From: Thalia democratica
Lineage: Eukaryota
DNA: 64,000 nt
Direction of reading: 5' to 3'
Assembly (NCBI GenBank): GCA_965202585.1
Contig: OZ241827.1
Span: forward strand, 36,084,001 to 36,148,000
Shown one piece after another: positions 23,562 through 35,068 of this stretch. A program made the translations under genes and the position numbers. Below the pieces are notes generated by a model that made no database searches, had not been told where the DNA came from, and worked only from the letters and a program-made list of their open reading frames with translations. The stretch's first letter is position 1; the number at the start of each line of letters is the position of its first letter.

Positions 23562-24490
23562 GTTTTGCATCTTTAAATAAACCTTTTTATCAATAAAGCC
23601 CTCAAGGTAGGCTCAGTGTGAAAAATTTAATTTATTAAGTTAAATAACTTAATTCTATATATTTATATAGAATTTTATATATAAAATTTTCAACAAACAT
23701 AATATGGGAATAAGTTATTCGTGTACGGCAAATTTAGAGAATATCATTAAGGCACACAACCAAAAAATTTTAAATCAAAACTCAGGAATTCAAAGTCAAT
23801 GCGGCTGCGCTGGTAGCTGTAAATATAATTTGAAAGGGGGTAATTGCCGTTCAGAGAACATCGTCTACAAGGCCACAGTTAACTCTGGCGTTGAGACGAG
23901 ATTCTATGTCGGCTTCTGCTCGACTCAGTTTAGATTCAGGTATGCCAATCATAAAAAATCTTTTAAAGGTGGCATATATGAAAATGACACTGAACTTTCG
24001 AAGTATGTTTGTGGCTTAAAGCGCAGCGGCATTGACTACGAAATATCCTGGGAACTTATAAAAAGAGCACAGCCATAGCCGACGGCAATAGCCCAATATG
24101 TAGGCTGTGTCTCAAAGAAGCATCAGCCGTTGTATATGCACTGAAAGACAAGAGATGTTTAAACAAAAGAAGCGAGTTTGTATCGTCTTGTAGACATATA
24201 AAAAAGTCGCTTTTAAAGTTTAACAAGTTTTAATTTAATCTTAAAATAACCTAAATTTCAAATTGCAACTTAATTTTACCTTTATCTCTTTCAATTATCT
24301 GTCCTAATATATAGTTACTCACTGAAGTTATATGAATTTTTGCTAGTTTATTGTCGATTGGTGAATTAGTTTTTGCACAAGCCGTTTTGCATGATTTTTG
24401 ATAGTTTCAAAATTACGTCATAATCTATTTATGCAAAAATTTTTAAACTTTCATTAGTGATTTTGTTTTGTGCTTTATTTTAAACTTGTT

Positions 24491-24533
24491 TTGAAGCTGA
24501 TGAGTGAATAGTCACGAAACTCGAGTCCTTTGA
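24491..24533 (+). ncRNA. Minimal type I hammerhead ribozyme, family A
   Basis: Consensus family-A motif; cleavage predicted after 24527. Confidence 0.9.
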
Positions 24534-24557
24534 GTTTTGCATCTTTAAATAAACCTT

Positions 24558-24588
<31 letters not shown>

Positions 24589-24699
24589 GTATTATATATT
24601 TTTAAGAGAATAGTGAAATAATTGTATTTGATAACTTAGTGTTTTAATAATATATATACAAAAAAAAATTACTTAATCTTTTTTTATTAAGTCCGCTTG

Positions 24700-24960
24700 A
24701 AAAGGCTTTAAAATGACTTATTTAAAAGTTAATAAAAAACAAAGCAAAAAATAAGTTAACTTGTACATAAGTTATTTTTAAGATAAGCTAACGAAAATTA
24801 TTCAATTTCATATGAAACGTCATAATGTGTTTTTTGTGATTATTTAAAAATTTTGCTATGTGCTTTATATCGTTCTGATGAGACGTGTTAAACGTTGAAA
24901 CTTAGTAAACGATACGAAAATTAGTTGTTTTTTTGTATTATAAATCATTTCAAAGTTATA
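24700..24960 (+). mobile_element. Solo pseudo-LTR of the PLE fragment 3 family
   Basis: Aligns by eye with the reverse complement of 16620-16810. Confidence 0.8.
24868..24914 (+). ncRNA. Minimal type I hammerhead ribozyme, family C
   Basis: TATCGTT-CTGATGA-GACGT GTTAA ACGTT-GAAA-CTTAGTA^AACGATA. Perfect 7-bp stem I, near-palindromic stem III ACTTAGT, GUA site. Confidence 0.9.
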
Positions 24961-26396
24961 TATTTATTTTAATATGCGTCTTGAACAAAATCTAAAAACT
25001 ACGTCATAATTTTTTTTGTACAATTTTTAACTGCAGCAATGTACATTTGAGTCTTTATTTCTATTTTAAATATCTGAGTATTGTAGCAATAAGCTAATTG
25101 AAACCATTGTACTATTTTTAAAATTACTAAACTTTAATATAAATAATTTATAAATATACATAAAAATATAAAAACTCTAAAAAACACTCAAAGTTGTGGT
25201 CTAAGAACCTAGTGTACGAAATTTTTTTTCGTTTATCCTACTATAACAATAATAGTTCTGCTACCTCATTTAAAAAATCCTAGACACGCTTCTACTGTAG
25301 ATTCTTAAGTATGAAGTGAAACAAAAATACGCTTATTTATAACAGACTAATTGCAGTTTCATATTTTATTTTTGCTTGAAAAGGTCGCAATCTCTTGCCA
25401 CCGAAACCGGTCGCGAATAAAATATAAAATTTGCATAAATCTATTTAACAGACTAATTACTAAACAAAATATATTTTAATTAAAAAATAAAAAGTATAGT
25501 TATAATTAAAAAGTATTTGTTTCCCTATCTAAAAGTAATTTTTATGATGTATTGTTTAGAAGGTAATTTTCTATTGATTGTTTGCATTAGACATGTAACT
25601 TTAAAGTTTATTTAAGATACTCTTGAAATTTTATAGATTTTGTTTGCTTTGCTACGTACGAACTAAGTTAAATCACACTAGTTTAACTTTTTATTAGCTT
25701 TTATTTCAGTATTTTAACAAAACAAAAAATAACTTATTGTTGCTCAAAGAACATAAGACATTGCTTATTTTAACTTATAAATCAGATTGATGAATAAAGT
25801 TCGGAAGGAGAAACTAGAAAAATATTAAATTGTTTTTTTGAAACTAAAAAATATTGTAAATATATTTGTGCGTATAATTTGTCTTGTAGAATTTAGTAAA
25901 AATTATAATACTAGTTAGTACTTTTATTCTAATCATGCAATTGCAGTAAACAAACTAGAAATTAAAAACTATAAATTGTTTTTTATTACTTAGTATGAAA
26001 AGTATTAACTTTTATTTGACTTAGTTGATTAGTAATTAGGAATTAAAAAAAGTGTTATCATTTTAAAAAAGAACCAAATAACTAAATTAATTAGCTTAGA
26101 AAAACCTAGGTTTGAAACACAGGTGCTTGTTACTTTTTAAACAATAAACGTACTAGCACTGTTGACTAAAGCAGTGTTCTTCACGTTGTGCACCCGTGCA
26201 CACTACTTTGACGAAAGTTATACACAAAATTTCAGGGTCGGACTAGACTTATTTAAGGGTAAAAAAAATATTTTAGGATGCACAGAAAAGAAGAAAATAA
26301 TTTTATATGTATATTTTATTAAACAATCTCTGTACATATATGTACATTACTTTTTGGATCCTGATAACTCCATTAAAACGTGTTAACTCGTTTAAT

Positions 26397-26754
26397 CAAG
26401 GTTGCCAAACTTTTTTCAGATTTTTTGAATTTCTTGCAGGTTTTTGAAGTATAAGTTTTTTGTTTATTTTTAGTAAAAAAAAAATTAAGGTGAAAACTGT
26501 CTTAAATAGAACAAAAACATTGAAAAAGTACTGTAATACTACTTTTTATTTGTCTTACATAATAAGTAAAGTTATAGAAAATACAAAAAAAGTATAGATG
26601 GATTTTTTGTACTTAATCAAAGTTTCATTATTTTACTAGTTAAAAAATCAAATTCAAGGTTGTTTAGTAATTTTTGTTCAAAATTCTAGATTTTCCAGTT
26701 TTTTTATTTAATTTTCTCATATTTTAGGTTATTCCAGGTTTTTTGGCAACACTA
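26397..26754. mobile_element. CAGGGTTGCC-family MITE
   Basis: Ends CAAGGTTGCCAAA / TTTGGCAACACT with internal CCAGGTTTT repeats. Homologs at 33457-33861, about 38138-38501 and 39375-39709. Confidence 0.7.
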
Positions 26755-27381
26755 TTTGACACAAAGAAACATTAAAACCCGCAGTAACTGTTGCCCCAGC
26801 GTCTGAAAGGCCGGTTAAGTTTGAAGGACTTATAGTTAAAAGCCTAAAAGCCGCTTATTCTTGATTCTTAGGTTCCTTTTTGGTCTCATTAGAACTTTGA
26901 AATGTCATTGTACAAATTACTAAAGTAATAAACCTTTATAATAACTTAAATGATAAACTAAAAAAAGAACAACTGGCAATGATTTACAACAAAAGGTTTG
27001 ATACAAACGAGTAATAAAATATGTTTAGATACAATAGATAACATTTTACAAAAATAATGGTATTAAAAGATTTTCTATTTAAATTGTTACTGATTTAAAA
27101 TACAATAAATATAATATATTTAATAATTTGAATTTGCTCAACTGTTCTACGCTATAACCCACAGCAAAACAAACTACGCAAACCTGAGTACAGGAATCTA
27201 TATAGTATCATCAAACCTGTAACTAGCTCAGGGTTTGGAAAATTTTCTCCAGGTTTTTGAAACTACACGTTTTTGGGTCTATCTTTAGTTTCGAATTAAG
27301 TTCAAGGAAAAAATTGTTATTTCAAATAATGTGTAAACACTGCTATACATACCAAGCAAATTTTGCAATTGTCATTACAAC

Positions 27382-27919
27382 GAGAACGGGTTAAAATTGC
27401 ACGAAGACAAATTTGCACGATGGGTAAATTATGCACGAGTTACAATTTTGCACGAGGGTAAAAAAACGAACAAAAAAAAACATAAATTAAAAAAAAAAAC
27501 AAAAAAATAAAAAATACTGACCGAGGGTAAAGATTAGGTGTATCAGTGATAGTAAAAATATAAATAAAAACATAACTTATAAATTTTTTTATAAAAAACA
27601 AACAAAAGCTACCGACCTAGGGTAAGGGTTAGGGGTAACAGTGATAGTAAAAAAAAATAGTAAGAAGAAAAAGTAAAAAATTAATTAACAAAAAAGAAAA
27701 CTATAACATACCGACCGTGGGTAAGGGCTAGGGGTAACAGAGATAGTAATAAAAAGAAAAACTAAAAAAACATATACTTAATAAAAAAAACTACTAAAAA
27801 AAAATTCAACCTGTGCAAAAATGACTCCGTGAAATATTGTCTGCTCGTGCAAAAGTGTCTTCGTGCAATTTTGTGCTCTCGTGCAATTTTGTACGCTTGT
27901 GCAAATTTGACAGCTACCC
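27382..27919. mobile_element. Non-autonomous Mutator-like element
   Basis: Perfect 9-bp TSD CATTACAAC at 27373-27381 and 27920-27928. Subterminal TTGCACGA / TCGTGCAA arrays are in inverted orientation. Three internal GGGTAAG..TTAGG..GTAACAGTGATAGT-type repeats. Confidence 0.85.
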
Positions 27920-28599
27920 CATTACAACATATTTCGGTTCAATAAAGAGAAGTACTGTGCAAATTGCTTTTAATATATATACGAGCGAACTTGTTCGCTA
28001 GGATCTTTATTAAGAAACCATTAGCTTAAAATTTTTGAATTTTTTTATGTTGACTGCATTTTAAGTTTAGTATAAACTATATTTTGAAGAGCAGATTAGT
28101 TTATATATATTATTTATATTATAAATCAGAGTTAAAAAAGCACAACAAAAAATCAAAAATTTCTTCATCTAGTTATGTTCAAAAACATATCTAAAGTTAA
28201 ACGAAATTTATATAAGAGTAGAAAACTTAATAAGAATTGGTTTCTGTCAAGTTTATTAGTAGGAATCTGTCTAATGCTTGCATGAATTTTCTTTGTAGTT
28301 ACTTTTTGTATCTGATTGAGTAAGTTTGGTTTTCAAATAGAAATCAATTTTAGTTTTTGTACATAATAATACTAAAATGTTATCATTTTAATACAATTTT
28401 CAATTTTGCAATTCAACACTTAAGAATTTTTTTTTATTTGGCTAAGTTACGCGGCTCGCAAAGGTTTATTTTTAGATATTTCCGGTCTGCAAAAGACTTT
28501 TCTGGTGAATCTTGCTCATTAACTAGAAACGTTTTCCAACTATATGATAAATGAATAAGGCTAGTTTTAAAGTGTAGTTAGTCAAATTGAAAATTTTTA

Positions 28600-28667
28600 A
28601 ACTAGCTGGACCTGACCGGATCTTGATTTGAAAAACAAAATTGGAAAACAGATTCGGAAGATCACTA
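28600..28667. mobile_element. hAT terminus related to the one at 4416
   Basis: GATTCGGAAGATCACTA compared with GATTCGGTAGATTACTA. Confidence 0.6.
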
Positions 28668-29149
28668 CAATTTAATAACCTATTCAAAAACGTTTGAAAT
28701 TAGTTTTTTTGAGCATTTGTATTGATATTTTCCTATTATCGTAAAAGAACTGATTCAGCCTGCCGCGTATAAACCCTAAGTTATAACATCCTTATTTGTG
28801 AGTTAGACGTGAAATTTAGTTTAAAAATGATACTTTAACACTTACCCAATTGTTGTGTTATGTAAAAATTTGCTTGTATAATCTTATACTTATCTACTTG
28901 GTTTATCTTAGTTAATTTACAGCTACTAATGAAGTATAATGAAACTTTAAGTAGTACAAGTTGCAAGAACTTGATACTAGAATTTGTTTTTCTAGAATAA
29001 ATTCTACCTCATTCTATAACATTGTATTATACTTAACTTTTAGATTCAAGTACATACAATAAAATTAGTTAAAAGTCCATAGAAAAAAGCTGTCTCAACT
29101 TATAAAACAACATATTTAAAATCTTTCGTTTTGTCAAAACATTTTCAAT

Positions 29150-30055
29150 TCTGAATAGTTTGGTTTTGGTACTGTTTTTAACAAAAAAATTACCTTCGCT
29201 TTCCTTATATGGGTGAAAACTCAATAAGACTGGCTAAGCAAGCTTCATTAGCTATAAAATCCACCTTTAACAGCGTTTCGCTACGTGTTGTGTACAACAC
29301 CATACGCCCGCTTAACGGAATTGTAAAAGATGCCACACCTACCCATGATTTGAGTAATGTAGTATACATATTTAAATGTCATTGCGGAAATGACTACGTA
29401 GGTCGAACATCTCAACGTTTCCACGTCAGGCGAGAGCAGCATGTCACGAAAAAGCTAAAAAGGTTTATTTTTATTGACGACGTGAAGCCTAAAGGTGAAC
29501 AGTCATCTATTCATCAGCACCTCCTCAACAACCCTGTTTAAGCCGAGAACTACCTGGATAATAGGTTCGAAATTCTATCCCGAGCTAGAAACACCTACTA
29601 TCTTTCAGTTCTAGAATATTTGTTTATTATTTTAACTATATTTTAATTAATTATATTAACTATTTATATTTATGTTTATTAGAACTCGCGAGCCAAAAAT
29701 TTGCAAACCAAGATATTTTTACAATTTAAAACTTTATAAATAGCGTGCTTAGTAGTATTATTGTTGTCGTTTTTGTAATGTGCTTTTTATTTAACTTAGT
29801 TTCAGGTAAAAATTTTTACTATTTTAAATGTTTTTGTTTTAGCAATTTTGTCTTATAAATTACTTCAAATTAGCTTAGTACAACTCAATTCTATTTTTAA
29901 AACTAATTCTAAACAGACTTTTAAACTTTATGACGTAACTATTTTTAGCTAGACTTTTCAAATTTATTGTATATAACTAAAATTACACTATGATATTAAT
30001 AGTTTTAGCAATATTATTCTGAGGATGCGCTAAACGAAATTAATTAATAAACTTT
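29150..30055 (+). mobile_element. Penelope/Poseidon-type GIY-YIG fragment plus pseudo-LTR
   Basis: ORF 29209-29541 contains SNVVYIFKCHCGNDYVGRTSQRFHVRREQH...SSIHQHL, continuing FEILSRARN. Degenerate HHR at 30019. Confidence 0.88.
30012..30050 (+). ncRNA. Degenerate hammerhead ribozyme
   Basis: TTATT-CTGAGGA-tgcgctaaac-GAAA-TTAATT^AATAA. Stem I pairs and stem III is the palindrome ATTAAT, but helix II is disrupted. Confidence 0.5.
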
Positions 30056-30668
30056 TTTCGAAAATGAGTGAGTTCTGTTTAAATTTTCAATTCTGTTAGC
30101 AATTATTTGCTTTTAGAGAATTATAATAAAGACATTTTTAGTTATGATATGTTTATATAGTAAATAAAGTTCAAGTTCATTAGAAAATACTACTTAATTA
30201 TGTAAAAGTGTTGAAAATTTCACTGTAATTTATAGTTTATTAATATATATTAAAAAAATAAGAAAACTTACTTGAATTTGGTACTTTACTGTAATTATAA
30301 TTGCAAGTAAAGATTTAAAAATCCCATAAAAGAGAACTTAAATCAAAAACTTTGTATATTGCTTTATAATTTTTTGAGTTATTATTTGAACACATTGTTT
30401 AAATTAGTTTTCTGAATTTACCATTGTTCTACAAAATCTAAATCATTTCCAACTGGTAACTTTAAAAATTGTAAATTATATGCTTTTTCTTTTGGTATGA
30501 TTTTTTTATGAAAATTTTAAAATTAATTACTAAAGGAAATTGGTCGGTATGTTCATGAATTGTTTTAACTATATTTTTTTTCCAAGTCTTTCAGTGTGTG
30601 TTCCATTGTTTAGTAAAACTTTTTAAAGTTTGACCTATATACAGTTTCTAATATAAAATAGGCAGACT

Positions 30669-30803
30669 CGGACACGTTCAAAATCCACCCGCGATCAAAA
30701 TCCACCCAGTCAAATCGAGAACCACTTACCGATCGAGGGTTAGGGGTAACAGTGATAGTGAAAAATAAATTTAAAAAAATCGGGTGGATTTTGATAGTAT
30801 ACC
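30669..30803. mobile_element. Mutator-like MITE
   Basis: Perfect 9-bp TSD AGGCAGACT at 30660-30668 and 30804-30812. Confidence 0.88.
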
Positions 30804-32452
30804 AGGCAGACTACCTTCAAACCATTCATACTAAGATTCAAGTATGCAGAAAAACTTACAGAATTACAACCATAAAGTAAAAGTTTGGTTTTTAAAGTTG
30901 ATGTTAACTTTAAAGTTGAAATGTTGTTTAAATTTCGAATACACAATTTTAGTACAACTTTTAGTTGAATACTTTTTACATATATAACGTAATTATAGAT
31001 TAACATATTGAATTTGTGTTACTTTAATATATGAAGATAACATTATATACAAATTTTTTAATTGTTTATAATTCTTAACTTAGCTACAAAAGTTTTTGTT
31101 GCATTTGGAACAGAATCTTCAATGAAACTTTATCAAACTTTATTTTAAATAAAAAATAGTTACGTATTAGTTATATAAAAAGTATTTTTACATGCTTTTA
31201 AAATAGTTTTAACTTAAACCGAGTTAAGCTATGATATAATTAAAGTAACCCAAATTATTGTTATGGAAAAACACTAAAATTTATTAGCAACAACAGTCAA
31301 TCGACATTAATTTACTAACTAATGAAATTTACATCAATATAAATAATGCATTAAAACGTACAACAAAACAACATGATTTTGAATCTGTTATCAAACAGTT
31401 GAGAGTAAACTTAAACGTAAAAAAATAGTAAAGTACTTGATTAATTGTTTGGCCACTGTAAAAATGCACTGATTAAGTGAATAATCGTTCATAATTTTTG
31501 TTAATAAAATAAATTTAACATTTTAATAGTTTTAAAGTGACAACCTTTTAAATCATTACAAGTTACATCATTCACAAACACAACTTAGAATGAGGTGAAC
31601 TTTTTCAACCATATATCCTTTCAATAACTAATAAAAAATAAGCAATTAAAAAATTTTGTTTACAGAAAAATAAGTTACTTGTGTATTTTTTGCAAATATG
31701 ATAAAATATCAATAACTACAACAGTCTTTAGCGCAGCCTAAAAGATCCAAAGCCTTCAATAAACTTTCCTTATTCAGATATTTTACTTTTTCTTCCTTCA
31801 ATTTATTTTTTCACATCACAAAGAAGTTTCGTCACTTTCACTGTTGAATTGGTTAAATAAATGTTAATTTAATGTACAAAGATAATTTATTTAATAAAAT
31901 GAATGGAATTAACACTTATCGAATCAACCTATATACAAATAAAAGTAAAATAGTATAACAAATATTTTTAAAAGGCATAAAATAATATATTAAAAATAGA
32001 CTAATTCACAAAAATTATTTTAGTTTACTAAATGCTCATTATATTTCTAAAATAACTTTTGCTTAACTTAAGTACAATTAACTTAAATCTAATGGAATTT
32101 AGTTTGAAAAAAAGTAAATTTAATTACCGTTTGAAACTCTTTGAAGCTATAAAAACTAACTAGAAATTAATAAAAAGACATTAACAGAAAAATAACTAGA
32201 CTATAAATATTTGAATCCGCCGAAATGTTGTTTTTACTTGACTTTTATATTATTATATCCAATTAAAAAACACAAATAGCATTATTTTAATTATATGCTC
32301 GCTCATACTAAGTTTATACAAGGCTATAAAACACTCAATTTATTAAAAGGGCAAAAAGTTAAAATAACAATTTTTGCGTTTATTTATAGTTTCTAAATAA
32401 CAGTAGTCAGTTTTGAAAAAAAAGTTATAAACAACCATACCATTGATTAAAT

Positions 32453-33002
32453 AAGGGGTCAGCAAGCTGCGGCTCATGAAGGGTAAAAGTGAGGGCAGAA
32501 AGCATGCTTTTATTTAAATGGTATACAGCACATTAAAGATACTACCTGCGGCCCGTGAGCATGTAAGTGTTACCGCAAATACATTTTTAACTTACACAAG
32601 ATATTCTGAGGTTCGAAGCAGTGGCGACGTGTAGTATGTATGTTAGGGGATGCGGAAAATTTACAAGAAACTAAAAAACACCTTAAATTTAATCCTTTAA
32701 AAAAATAATTTAGTAAAAAAATTTACTACAATTACAACAAAAGTTTGTTTTTAAAAATAATAATTTTCAGTTTTTCATTAAAATAATAATTTTTAATCTT
32801 TTTTAGGTTGACCACTGCTCCTCCCGCACCTAGTTCAAAATGATGAGCAAAAGAAAAAGTTCTTAGGTAAAACTTACTAAAATTTGAAAATTAGACTAGG
32901 TATTTTGGGATCTGCTATAGAGGTTAAAAACTGAAACTACGACTGTGGCACGCAAATATTTTGATGTTTGAAGTTTGGCCCGCGACTACCTGCCGACCTC
33001 CG
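32453..33002. mobile_element. hAT MITE (CAGGGGTCGGCAA type)
   Basis: Ends AAGGGGTCAGCAA / CTGCCGACCTCCG. 8-bp TSD GATTAAAT / GATTAAAG (7 of 8 match). Confidence 0.75.
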
Positions 33003-33456
33003 GATTAAAGTAAAATAAATATATAATCAGATTTATCAAAAATAACATATATCAAAATGTTATGAGCTAAAGTAAAGAAACTATTTTATTTTTTCTTCAA
33101 AACAGTTTAAATGTTATAGTAAAGCAGTGCTAGTCGCAAGGCAGAAAATTCCAGCTAATAATTGAAATCAACAATAAAAATTAACAACTATAAATGTTAG
33201 GGCAAAAGCTAAAACAAATACCAAAAATTAGAAAGTGATCGAGCTCAATCTCATTTAAGTCTTAAGTAAAAATTAAATTAGCCTGAGTTTCTTAAAAAAA
33301 AGTCTAACTAGCTTAAAAGATCCGCGTGAGAGTGTGACAGCATTGAACTTTAAATTATTATTATTAAAGAAAACAAGTGGTTAAATAATTTATTAAATAA
33401 GTGGTCGAATACTATGCTATGATTGTTAATTTATTCAGTCAGACATCTGTTATATT

Positions 33457-33861
33457 CAGGGTTGCCAAAAATTTTTGAGAACTTTCTTCAAGGTTTTCTA
33501 AAGTAAAAGTTTCTGGGTCCACTTTTAGTATTGAATTAAGTTTAAGGTAAAAAACTGTTTTAAGTAGTATAACAACTTTGAAAAGATACTGTAAAGCTAC
33601 TTTAACCTTGTTTTTTTTTTTAAATCGTTTTATGATAACAAAATGAATTACTTTTATGGTAGATTTTTTGTTTCTAATCAAATTTTCATTACTTTACATG
33701 GAAAAATTGCTTAAAATTCCAGGTTTATTGGTGATTCTTGTTTAAAATTCTAGTTTTTTCTCAGGTTTCTTTTTCAAAGTGTCTCAAAATTTCCAGAACT
33801 TTTTGGTCCAAATTTTCAAACTCCAGGTTTTTCCAGGATTCCAGGAGTTTTGGTAACCCTG
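33457..33861. mobile_element. CAGGGTTGCC-family MITE
   Basis: Ends CAGGGTTGCCAAAA / TTTTGGTAACCCTG. Confidence 0.8.
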
Positions 33862-34119
33862 AATATAGGTGAGACACCGTATCAAGTATTTCGAACAAGT
33901 TATCGTAAAAATTTCAAAACAATGCAATACTCGAGCACCTATTTAATTGAAAACCCTTTCAGAACTCTGATACTGTAAGAAAATTTAGAGTTTTAAATGA
34001 TGCAAGCAGAGTTAGCTTAACATTTTAAAAACAATAACAGTCGGAAAACAGAAAAGAAAGTTCAACACTTAGTATTACTAAAATGGAAAAGCAACATTAT
34101 AATCCACAATCAAATTAAC

Positions 34120-34254
34120 AGTATACTACCAAAATCCAACCGATTTTTAAAATTTATTTTTAACTTATTTTTCACTATCACTATTACCCATAACCCTTAC
34201 CCTCGATCTGTAAGCGGTTCTCGAATTTGAATGGGTGGATTTTGAACGTGTCAC
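34120..34254. mobile_element. Mutator-like MITE
   Basis: Perfect 9-bp TSD CAAATTAAC at 34111-34119 and 34255-34263. Same family as 30669-30803. Confidence 0.88.
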
Positions 34255-35068
34255 CAAATTAACATAATCTTGCTTATTACCTATTTACATTAAGCACGCT
34301 TTGATTTTTTATAAACTTACAGTTGCTCATCATTATAACTTAACAAAAAACTTGACATTTTTAACTCAGATTGTAACTTTAGCTTAGTTTATCACTTGAT
34401 ATGGATACACAGTTTTTATAGAAAAAATTGTGAAAAATAAAAACATAAATAGCTCGAAAATGAGTATTTTTCTTAAACAAATATAAGTTGCAAATAGTAT
34501 TTAAATAAAATTAAATTTTTTCTATAATTATAAATGTTTGTTACATTTTGTACTCTCAAGCGACAATATACGTACGTATGGTGTGTCAAAATTTATGAGT
34601 TATTTTTCTCATGTATGAAAACTTTTAAAAACACCATACTGAAAATTTCGAAAGTATACTTAAAAAAAAAAAATTTAATTTGAAAACAAAAAAGCTTTAT
34701 TTATTTTAAAGTAAAATATTTTTTTACATAAATTTTAATCGATACATATCGTTTATTGCATATAAAGTCTTCAAAAGTTTATTATTGAAGGACAATTATA
34801 ATATTATTTTTATCTGCAATCAAATTAGACTATGCTTAAATTTCTTATATTGAATTAATAATTAAATAAAATTTTAAGTCGTAAAACCGTATTTAAAAAA
34901 TGGGAATTTACAAGAAAAAACTAACTTTAATCACTACCAAGCATACTCTTTAAAAATATAAAATGTGTTTAAATTAGAATTTTTATTAATGAGTTTAATA
35001 CAAGAGCTTTTTTTTAAACTAAATAAGTAAAAAACAACTTACTCTGAATGAACTTTTATATTACTCAC

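Larger units (their letters stand above)
22930..24560 (+). mobile_element. Family-A PLE complex: inverted pseudo-LTR, pseudo-LTR, endonuclease fragment, pseudo-LTR
   Basis: Minus 22938-23310 joins plus 23311-23660. ORF 23704-24078 then has one frameshift to CRLCLKE...RHIKKSLLKFNKF*, and a second pseudo-LTR runs to (TA)n at 24558-24583. Confidence 0.9.

Noticed and set aside
30270-30620. Additional CELSR tail exons (for example LPVGNDLDFVEQ)
   Set aside because: Splice-like signals exist, but there is no homology support and the phases could not be chained confidently.
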